Below, piece by piece: positions 1 to 9,313 of a stretch of DNA of 64,000 nucleotides (its first letter is position 1; each line of letters starts with the position of its first letter). The notes below the pieces were generated by a model that saw nothing but the letters and a program-made list of their open reading frames with translations, was not told the DNA's origin and made no database searches. Origin of the DNA: Thalia democratica (lineage: Eukaryota); assembly GCA_965202585.1 (NCBI GenBank), contig OZ241832.1, positions 46,252,001-46,316,000 on the forward strand, read 5' to 3'. The position numbers were made by a program, and so were the translations under genes.

Positions 1-3000
1 AGGACAAATTTTTAAAAACAAACTAAGTAGTTATTTAATGAAAAAAAAACAAGTATACAAAGTAAGCGTATATGAGAATAAGTTTTGTGCAAATAAAGAA
101 GTTTTTAAGAAAAAGCCTACGGACAACACACTGAAGTTAGTTGAAGCTTTTTATGAAACATTCAATTATAACTTATTCATAGAACTTGTTCAACGATTTA
201 AACAATACTTTTAAAACATAACTAGCTCCTTTCTCAAAGTAGTTGAAAATGGTCAGATAAAATTACAAAAGCAATTATAAGGAGCTCAAAAAGCGTTATG
301 TTTTATTCAACTAGCTCTAACTCTTACTTTTGATCTTTTACCAGCACAAAGTTGTTAAAATTGTACACATATTTTGTTTAGTTAATGGTAGTTTAATACT
401 GCTTAGTAGACATTAAAAGCTAGTTAAACAAATAGGTAGATTACCATAGATTTATAAAAAAGCATAGTAAAAAAAAAACTGTTAAAGCCGTTTTAAGCTA
501 TCAAATTTTATTATATGTGGCTTAGATAAGTGATATGTACCATGAAAAAGTGATAGAATTAAATGATAACATCCTGTTACTTCTTTTGTACCAATTGATT
601 TAGTTTGATTTAAATGTTGATGCTTTAACTTGATAAAGCTATAAGCAATGTTAAATCAATTAAACAATGCAATTTTTTTAAAGTTAAAGACTCGAATTGT
701 TCTTTTTTGTTCATGTTGTATACTTGTTGATGTTGTTTTTTGCTTATGTTTTTTATGAGTTTTAAATTGCAATGCATGTTTTCAATTGTGTTTTAGTTGA
801 AGTTTGAAGTTTTCTGAAACAAGATCAAATAAAGCTGTGAACAATTTGAGTTCAATAAAACAGTTTTAAGCTTTGTAAAAAGATTTTGGTCGTGTTACTT
901 CATGATTGTTGTACTGAGATCGCAAGTTTGTTAATGGTTTTCATTTTGACTTGAACATCTACTGTTGTTTACACATGTATATTTTACAACTCTAAACTGT
1001 TTTATATAGTTTGAAATACATGCAATAAATAGTAATAAAAAATTCTAGAAGCTATTGATGAGATTTTTTTATAATAAACAAACTTAAGCTTATTTTGTTA
1101 CAATTTAATGTATTATTTTCATTTAAAAATATAACATTTTTTTACGATGACGTAGAATTTTTTTTTTTAGATAAACTAAATATTTGTTAGATATTGCAAA
1201 AAGAAGTAAACAAAGTAAGCATAGTGGGAATAAGTATTGTTTGAAAAAATAACTTAACGAGAAAATCCTATGGACACAAAAATCAAGTTAGTTAATGCTT
1301 TTTGCAAAAGTTTAATTACATGTAGCGTAAGAGACTTAAGCGATGCATTTTAATTGCAACTAGCTCCATCCTCACAAGTAGTTTAAAATGTCATGTAAGA
1401 GAACCAAAACAATTGTAAGTACAACAAAGTGACTAAAAAATAAAACATAAAAGTAAAACTTTAAGTAAAGTGTGTTATACAAACATTCTATATGAACTTT
1501 TACCTTGCTTTTGGGCTTTCACCAGCACAAGGAACATTAAGTTTGGTACATTTTTGTCGTTTAGTTAGAGATTGTTTAACACTGCTTAGTGGGCATTAGT
1601 AAACAGTTAAATTAAGTGGTTGTCCTGATAACTTTACATTTATAACAAAAATAACTAATGACAAACTGTTTAAGTCGTTTTAAGTCATCAAGTTGTCTCA
1701 CATGTAGTTGTAACAAGTAACACAAATGAATGGTAAGAAGCTGTTACTTCTTTTCCTGTGTACCATGTTTCAGCTAATGAATTGGTTTGTTTCATATGTT
1801 TGAATAGTTAAGCAACCTAATAAATAGAAGTCGTCTTTGGAAAATTATAGTTTTAGGTATATACTTTCATCATTTATTTAAGCTGTTTTTGTTTAGGTCA
1901 ATTGTGTGCTTGTTGATAGTATTATGTTTCTTTTGAACAATCGATGTTGTTTACATTTATGTATTGTAATGTATGAATTTTGAATAGCTATGCATGTTTT
2001 TGATTGTAATTGAACAATACTTTTATGGAACGTTAACATTTTTTTTTTGTTGTTAACAGTTGAAAACATTTTCTATTAATATTTCAGTGAAGTTTTATTG
2101 TTATTATTTTCATTAAAAAATATAACTAGTTTTTACAGTGACGTAGCATAACTTTACTTTAATAAACTAAAAAACAAATAATTATTGAATGATAAACGAA
2201 CAAAAGTCCACAAAATAAGCATGAATAAGAATGAGTTCCTTGATTAAATGAGATAACAAGAAAAAGACCACGAAAAACACGTTCAAGTTAGTTAAAGATT
2301 TTCACTAAGCATTCAAGTACCTTAAGCAATGAGTTAAGGATTAGAGCAGTGATCACACTAGTTTCCTTCGTAAAAGTTACATCAAAAACAAAGTAAAAGT
2401 GGAGAAATCATAGCAAGCTTAACTATTTAACTAACAATGGAAAGCGATAAAATATAAATTTAAAGTGAGATGTGGTGTTCTTGGATCGTTTATAAGCATA
2501 AAGTGGATTAAGAATGAAATTGTGTGAGTTTAGTAGACATTAGCAGCTTGTATAACTGATTGGTGGTGCACGTAAGCTTTAGACTTATGGAAAGAATGAT
2601 TACAGTAGTTTTTATTTGTGTCATGTACAGCCTAAAAACGAGATACAAAAAATGGTAACAACTTTTTTTCTTTGTATCATGTTTTTATGTGTAGTTGTTT
2701 TTATTTGATAAAGCCACTAACAATTTGAGTTGAACACACCATCCTAAGGTTAATACAAATATTTCAACAGTACTGTTAAATTGTTGTTATACTTAAATTG
2801 AATGTTTGTTTGAAAAAACGCTGTTTTTTACATAAATGAATTGTACAACTTTTAATAACTTTTTAACGGTTTCAGTTGCATTCTTATTAACAAGATTAAT
2901 ACATTTTGAAAATAAAATCCAAGTTTAGTTGCTGTAATTGAGTCAAGTAAGTATATATTATTGCAAAGTTAAGTTTTTCTCTCATTGTAATTGAATGTAT

Positions 3001-4100
3001 TATTTTCATTCAAACTTTTATTTTTACTTTTAAGTGACATAGCACTATTTCTTTTAATAAACAAAATTCAAATTTTTTTAAATGTTTGAAAAACAAGTCC
3101 ACAAAGTAGAATGAATCAAAACAAGTTTTGTTTAAACAAGAAAATGCCTATGGAAATTTTTACCTAACACTTAGATACTAAATATTATTCCACAGTTTAA
3201 GCAATGATTTCAAACATAACTAGCTCTTTCTCAAAAAGAGTTTCATCAAGTAAAAGTAAAAAAAAAACTATAGTAAGTGTAACTAAGTGGTAAGACAGGA
3301 AAACAGGGATATTATCACTCATAAGTAAACTGTATTATCCAAGTATACTAACTGTTAATCCACCAACACAATGTAGATTAAGGTTTGTACATTTTGTCGT
3401 TTTATTAAGGCTTGTTTGACACAGTTTAGAGACTCTAGTAGCTGGTTAAATCAATTGGTTGTCCTGATTACTTTAGATTTAAGGCAAATATAAACTAAAC
3501 TAAAGCATTATAGTTGTTTTAGGTCATCAAGTTGTATCATATCTAGTTTTTACCTTAAAATATATGAAACAAGTGGTACAAGCTGTTACTTTTTTTCTTT
3601 TGTACCATGTTTCAGCTAATGAATTGACTTGTTTCATATGGTGGCGTTTTAACTTGACAATATATCTAAACAAGCTAAGTTTATGTTAGCTTTGTAAGAA
3701 AGAATAATTAACTGTACTTGAAAATCACACTTGTTATTTTTGTTCTGAACTTTTACTTCCATTTTTGTACTTTCAAAAACGTGTTCCACGGTTTCAATCG
3801 CATTCAAAATGTTAAGAAGAACACACTTGAAAAGTTATAGCTCATTGTGTTACTTACAAACAACAAAAACTTAAAAAGATAATTTAAGTTGTTTTTTTTT
3901 TGTTATAAGTTGAACATAAAGTTTTTTTAAAAACGAATACACTTACTTACTGAATGTTTTAACAGAAGTTCAACAAATGAATAAGAAGTAGTTTTCTTTA
4001 TAAAAAATGTTAAGAAGAAAATAACTTACGGACAATATATTCAAGTTAGTTAAACCTTTTTTGCAAATATTTTTATTGCTACTACTATTTTTTTCATGTT
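1..4100. repeat. Degenerate ~0.9-1.15-kb tandem sub-repeats inside each unit (continuous with 9350-9875 of the previous unit)
   Basis: Markers recur in the same order: (g/a)tgac(g/a)tag at 9869, 1147, 2138, 3034; (t/g)aagttagtt near 135, 1283, 2283, 4042; (a/c)actag near 220, 1358, 2357, 3217; tcatcaagttgt near 9432, 1685, 3525; tattattttcatt near 1110, 2102, 2998. Confidence 0.85.
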
Positions 4101-4241
4101 AGATTTATTCCATAATGTAAGAGTTGAGTAGGACAAAATAGTTTGTCTTTTTATTTGTATAAATATCAATATGTTGGTATTACTGTTAAAGCAAATTTTA
4201 CTTACAAGTAGTTATCTAATAGCTGGTTTTATTCAAATGGT

Positions 4242-4257
4242 GGTCCTAAAAAGGACC
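4242..4257 (-). terminator. Histone 3' stem-loop, H2B (GGUCCU-UUUU-AGGACC)
   Basis: Six-bp stem with a 4-nt loop, 13 nt after the stop codon and followed by ACCA. Matches the metazoan histone stem-loop pattern. Confidence 0.95.
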
Positions 4258-4270
4258 GGTTGTTGAGCAT

Positions 4271-4630
4271 TTATTTTGAGCTGGTGTATTTGGTAACAGC
4301 TTTAGTTCCTTCTGAAACTGCGTGCTTTGACAACTCGCCGGGGAGCAAGAGCCTGACAGCAGTTTGAATTTCGCGGCTGCTCACAGTTGACCTCTTGTTG
4401 TAATGAGCCAAACGTGAAGCCTCTGCTGCAATGCGCTCGAAGATGTCGTTGACAAAAGAGTTCATGATTCCCATCGCCTTGCTGGAGATTCCGGTGTCGG
4501 GGTGCACTTGCTTCAAAACTTTGTACACGTAAATGCCAAAGCTTTGTTTGTGCCTCCTCCTTCGCTTCTTCTTGCCGTCGACCGGAGTGGTCTTGGCTAC
4601 TGATTTCTTCGCGCCTTTGGTAGCTGTCAT
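4271..4630 (-). CDS. H2B: Histone H2B, 119 aa (unit 1)
   Basis: MTATK...[27 protein letters not shown]...[10 protein letters not shown]. The real ATG is at 4630; the ORF-track extension starts from a TTG inside H2A. Confidence 0.97.
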   Translation of the reverse strand: MTATKGAKKSVAKTTPVDGKKKRRRRHKQSFGIYVYKVLKQVHPDTGISSKAMGIMNSFVNDIFERIAAEASRLAHYNKRSTVSSREIQTAVRLLLPGELSKHAVSEGTKAVTKYTSSK

Positions 4631-4661
4631 AATGATGAGTGAACTTGAGTCTCGGCGCTGG

Positions 4662-4691
4662 TATATATACTGAAAATTTATGCAAATTAGC
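4662..4691 (-). promoter_or_regulatory. H2B promoter: TATA box (4662-4669) and octamer (4680-4687) within ATTTATGCAAATTAGC
   Basis: TATATATA lies 32-39 nt upstream of the ATG. ATTTGCAT on the sense strand is the classic H2B-box octamer. Confidence 0.8.
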
Positions 4692-4742
4692 AGTTCTGTA
4701 CGCGAACGACCGCTTCTCTCGTTTGTCGTAAATGTTTTAGGT

Positions 4743-4758
4743 GGTCCTGAAAAGGACC
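4743..4758 (-). terminator. Histone 3' stem-loop, H2A (GGUCCU-UUUC-AGGACC)
   Basis: Canonical 16-nt hairpin 14 nt after the stop codon. Confidence 0.95.
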
Positions 4759-4772
4759 TGGGATGTTTAAAC

Positions 4773-5153
4773 TTAGGCGGACTTTTTTGAAGCGGTCTTC
4801 TTAGGCAATAATACTGCCTGGATGTTTGGAAGAACACCACCTTGAGCAATAGTGACGCCTCCGAGAAGTTTGTTCAACTCTTCGTCGTTGCGGATAGCTA
4901 GTTGCAAATGGCGAGGAATGATCCTGCTTTTCTTGTTGTCACGAGCAGCGTTACCGGCAAGCTCGAGCACTTCTGCGCTCAAGTACTCGAGAACGGCAGC
5001 CAGATAAACTGGAGCACCAGCTCCGACTCTTTGGCTGTAGTTGCCAGTGCGCAACAGACGGTGCACGCGACCGACTGGAAACTGCAGTCCTGCACGAGAA
5101 GACCTGCTCTTCGGCTTAGATTTGAGTTTTGATCCTTTACCACGTCCCGACAT
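4773..5153 (-). CDS. H2A: Histone H2A, 126 aa (unit 1)
   Basis: MSGRGK...[17 protein letters not shown]...[35 protein letters not shown] at 5153. No SQE C-terminus, so not H2A.X. Confidence 0.97.
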   Translation of the reverse strand: MSGRGKGSKLKSKPKSRSSRAGLQFPVGRVHRLLRTGNYSQRVGAGAPVYLAAVLEYLSAEVLELAGNAARDNKKSRIIPRHLQLAIRNDEELNKLLGGVTIAQGGVLPNIQAVLLPKKTASKKSA

Positions 5154-5194
5154 GTTGTTGTTCGAATGATTGTGCAATGTTACTTGCACAGCTA

Positions 5195-5246
5195 CATATA
5201 CAACTCAAACCTAACCGCGACGAACGAAAAGCTAATTTGCATAAAT
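5195..5246 (-). promoter_or_regulatory. H2A promoter: weak TATA-like TATATGTA and octamer (5235-5242)
   Basis: Plus-strand gctaatttgcataaat at 5231-5246 and tacatata at ~5193-5200. Confidence 0.7.
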
Positions 5247-5302
5247 CGTAGCTGCTACTTTAATTTGTCAATGGTTGCAAAATACATTTTATTGATATAG
5301 GT

Positions 5303-5318
5303 GGTCCTAAAAAGGACC
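5303..5318 (-). terminator. Histone 3' stem-loop, H4 (GGUCCU-UUUU-AGGACC)
   Basis: Canonical hairpin 14 nt after the stop codon. Confidence 0.95.
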
Positions 5319-5332
5319 GGTTCGCTAATTGT

Positions 5333-5729
<397 letters not shown>

Positions 5730-5798
5730 ACCAAAAAGAAACATCTTTAATTTACATTATTTCGTTTGGTTTTTGTCTCATTTTCAAAGTTTAAAGGT

Positions 5799-5814
5799 GG
5801 TCCTGAATAGGACC
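5799..5814 (-). terminator. Histone 3' stem-loop, H3 (GGUCCU-AUUC-AGGACC, variant loop)
   Basis: Hairpin 15 nt after the stop codon; the first loop base is A rather than U. Confidence 0.9.
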
Positions 5815-5829
5815 GGTTTTAGCCAATTC

Positions 5830-6342
<513 letters not shown>

Positions 6343-6390
6343 TTAGTAACACTGTTTACGTTTTAAATTTTGTTTATACTTTAATTGAGT

Positions 6391-6406
6391 GGTCCTGAAA
6401 AGGACC
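6391..6406 (-). terminator. Histone 3' stem-loop, H1 (GGUCCU-UUUC-AGGACC)
   Basis: Canonical hairpin 17 nt after the stop codon. Confidence 0.95.
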
Positions 6407-6423
6407 TTGGGTAAAAGAACAAC

Positions 6424-7008
6424 TTATTTCTTGCAGCTCTTCTTGGTACTTGCCTTCTTAGATGCTTTTTTGGCTGCCGGCTTCTTCTTTGTTACTTTCT
6501 TCTTCTTGCTTGCAGCTTTTTTAGATGCTGCCTTCTTAGGAGCACACTTTTTAGCAGGTCGCTTTTTGGCTGCTGGTTTTTTTGCTGCCTTCTTGGGAGC
6601 ACACTTCTTCACTCGTTTTTTAGCTGCGGTCTTCTTTACTGCTGGCTTTTTAGCTACTTTTTTTGTCCTCTTCTTGGGACCAGCAGCTGGCATTGGAGCA
6701 AGCTTGAACGAGCCAGAAGCGCCTTTTCCAGTAGTCTGGAGAAAAGCACCCTTGGTCACGCCGCTGGTAAGTGCTCTCTTCAAGTGAGAATTAGAAGCTG
6801 AGAGCTCAAGCTTGTAGGTTTCCGCGATAAACTTTTGTATCTTCTGGCGGGATGTACCTTTTCGTTCTTTCATTGCTCCCAGGGCAGAGCTGATCATTTC
6901 CCTGTAAGTCGGGTGTTCTGCCTTCTTGGCGCTTGGTCTCTTGGAAGACCTGGCCTTAACTGCGGCCGGTGCCGCTGCTGATGGTGCTGCTACTGCTGTT
7001 GTAGACAT
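6424..7008 (-). CDS. H1: Linker histone H1, 194 aa (unit 1)
   Basis: Winged-helix globular domain (HPTYREMI...KGTSRQKIQKFI...GKGASGSFKL), a Lys/Ala-rich tail and a 3' stem-loop. Confidence 0.96.
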   Translation of the reverse strand: MSTTAVAAPSAAAPAAVKARSSKRPSAKKAEHPTYREMISSALGAMKERKGTSRQKIQKFIAETYKLELSASNSHLKRALTSGVTKGAFLQTTGKGASGSFKLAPMPAAGPKKRTKKVAKKPAVKKTAAKKRVKKCAPKKAAKKPAAKKRPAKKCAPKKAASKKAASKKKKVTKKKPAAKKASKKASTKKSCKK

Positions 7009-7146
7009 TTTGTATGTTGATTAAAGAAAGCAAAACAATACTTTCAGCAGTTACTGACTGTGACGAATTGACTGTTGAGCAGTTTTGCTTTCTCAGGTAC
7101 CTTTTACTGATTAATACGAACATTAGCGTGTGAGTTTAAAGCCTGT

Positions 7147-7154
7147 ATGCTAAT
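7147..7154. promoter_or_regulatory. Variant octamer ATGCTAAT upstream of H1
   Basis: One mismatch to ATGCAAAT, ~30 nt from a TATA-like TATTAAT at 7110-7116. Spacing is similar to the core genes, but chance occurrence is possible. Confidence 0.35.
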
Positions 7155-9194
7155 AAAAGCAAAGTTGCTTTACTACTAATGTTAAAAATGTTCCAGTGAT
7201 AAAGAAACAAGACTTAGCCCGATCCAGAAGTGAATTTTTTTTTAAAGGTTAGCTTTAAAAGTCCAGAAAAACAGTCTAAATGCTACAGCACATCTCTCCA
7301 TTTAGTGAGATAAACCACAAATGAAACAAATTATACTACTACACACCCGACTTAGTTTTCTTAAGCTGAAAGGTTAAAGTAGTAAAGTTTTAGACAAGGA
7401 CAAGTGTTTTTTTTCATCTCAAGCTCAAGCAAAGTTTTATTATTTTATTTCCAGCCAGCTTTGTTAACCGTAAAACCCATGAAGTATGTTTAACTTGATT
7501 ACATTTTAAACTGTGCTGATTTGTAAAAAAAAACCGAAAAATGCACAAGTATTCGTTTTGTGTGATTTTACTAGTTATCATTACCTTAAATTTACTCATA
7601 ATAAAAAGGGTAGTACTAAAAAAATTAATTACACCATCTAATTCAATTTAACTACTTAAGTTTTAAGTTTGTTCTTGCACATACTAGTCACTTACCTTCT
7701 CAAAAACGCGCTGAACATATAAAAAGTTACAAACACATCAAAAGTTACAAACAAAAGTTTAAAAGCAAGTAGGTTTGTTTTAAAAAGTGCCAATAAGTTT
7801 ATGTAAAAAGAAAGTAGTTACACAGTTAAAAGTATTTAAAATAACTTTTCAAACTGTTTGTTTTAGTTTTTCAACAACGTTTTATCTGTTATACTCGAAA
7901 CTGAACTAAGACTTTTCTTTGCAGATTTTACAAATAGATTTGATCGTAACTTTCCAAAGCAAGATAAAACTGTTTACATTTAAATAAACATCAGTACTGT
8001 TCAAAGAATTTTTGCAAGACCAAAATATCAATACGAAGTTATTAAAAAGTTTCTTATCAATGCTTATTACGAGAAGAAAAGTCTTACGTAAAAAAAGATG
8101 TTAGGCTTATTTTTAAAGCAGTATTAAAAAAGAAGCGTTCCTAAACAAAAAAAAGTTAAAAATCAAACAGTATTGAAGCAATAATCTTTCAAAACTCATT
8201 TGAAAACCTTAATGTTTAGATAAACTTTCGTGTACAATCAGTACTTAAAAGGTTGCAATGTGTTTAACAAAGTAAATGTTTTTTAGAGTAATACAGTTAA
8301 AGTTTATTATTCCAAAGTTTGTTTCGTCGTTTCAAAACTAGATAAAACAAATTGAAACACCTTCACTACATATTTTGAAGCATCGTCAACTGATCAAAGA
8401 AACAAAACTACAATTCGAGTAAAATAAAAATGACTTGACCAAATAATGAAGCAGTATGATCGAAGAAGTGTATACGTTTTAAGTTAAAGTATGTTTAACT
8501 CAATTACAACTGCTCAACTACTAAAAGTAGCTTCTAAGTGTACTAAAAACTAGATTCACCGCAATGTTCTGCACAATGTAGGCAGTTGACTAAATGTTTT
8601 GCTATGATTAATTCTAAAAAGATTGTTAAACCATTACTAGTTATCTCTGACTTGGTATTAATGTTAATCCAAGCTCATTATAAACAAGTTATCTTTTGTT
8701 CTCAGGTGTTTCGAACACTTCTGTTGTAACAACAGCATTTGAGTTTGTAAAAACATGACCAATATGTTTTAGTTATTGCTTTGTCTTTTAATTTATGATC
8801 TTTTCTTATCTCAAACATGTACATTGCTTAATCACTTATACTATCGTAGAACTTGTACAAACAAACTTAAGTAGTGTTAAACTACATATGCTTTTTAGTT
8901 TAGCTAATTAGTTATTTTGTATGTAGTATAAAACTAGTTAATTTCTGTCTTATAATGTTGCTATGTCGTTACACTGTAATGATATTGTGTACTCTAACAA
9001 CTAAAAATCAAAGCTGAATAGTTTTATGAAGCTTGAAGCTAAGAAAAAAATGTGAAAAGTAAAGACTAGAAAGGCTTAATTTATTTTAATTAGTTAGAAC
9101 AAAGTGGGCTCTAAACATAAGAAACACTTAAGCTAACATTCTACAAGTTTCAGACAGCTTATTTGTTTATGATCGCTTTTTTTTGCTGCTAGAC

Positions 9195-9305
9195 GCCTAC
9201 GACCATACCACACTGAACGCACCCCATCTCGTCCGATCTGGGAAGTTAAGCAGTGTCTTAGTACTTGATGGGTGACCGCTTGGGAATACCGCGTGCCGTA
9301 GGCTT
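9195..9305 (+). rRNA. 5S: 5S rRNA-derived gene, 111 nt, internally deleted (probable pseudogene), unit 1
   Basis: GCCTACGACCATACCACACTGAACGC...GGAAGTTAAGCAGTGTC^TTAGTACTTG^ATGGGTGACCGCTTGGGAATACCGCGTGCCGTAGGCTT aligns to canonical eukaryotic 5S except for nt ~64-71 and one G of 81/82. Confidence 0.92.
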
Positions 9306-9313
9306 TTCTTTTT
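9304..9313 (+). terminator. Pol III oligo-T terminator (TTTTCTTTTT)
   Basis: T4 and T5 runs immediately follow the 5S 3' end. Confidence 0.8.

Noticed and set aside
4302-4685. 127-aa alternative-frame ORF overlapping H2B
   Set aside because: An off-frame shadow of histone codon usage, starting at the octamer ATG upstream of the TATA box. No domain recognisable.
4631-4849. 73-aa N-terminal extension of H2B in the ORF track; likewise the 12-aa H2A and 31-aa H3 extensions
   Set aside because: The starts are a TTG inside H2A, a GTG, and the ATG of the octamer motif, all upstream of or near the TATA boxes. The terminal H2B copy lacks the extension, and homology begins at the internal ATG.
6389-6787. 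132-aa hydrophobic Phe/Leu/Ala-rich plus-strand ORF resembling a membrane protein
   Set aside because: It is the reverse complement of the Lys/Ala codons of the H1 tail (AAG/AAA read as CTT/TTT), a well-known artefact.
7414-7599. 61-aa minus-strand ORF upstream of H1
   Set aside because: Short, AT-rich and without a recognisable motif. It recurs only because the whole unit is repeated.
7686-7700. cacttacct, resembling the U1 5' end or a minus-strand AG|GTAAGT donor (spliced-leader RNA or an H1 5'-UTR intron)
   Set aside because: No U1 body follows, no convincing Sm site or SL hairpins are seen, and there is no good acceptor next to the H1 ATG.
8706-8718. Small hairpin GTGTT-TCG-AACAC resembling a tRNA T-arm
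   Set aside because: No cloverleaf, A box or acceptor stem around it. A 5-bp stem is expected by chance.
9172-9192. ATCGCTT upstream of the 5S, resembling the U2 snRNA 5' end
   Set aside because: Only 7 nt match; the branch-pairing GTAGTA and the rest of U2 are absent.
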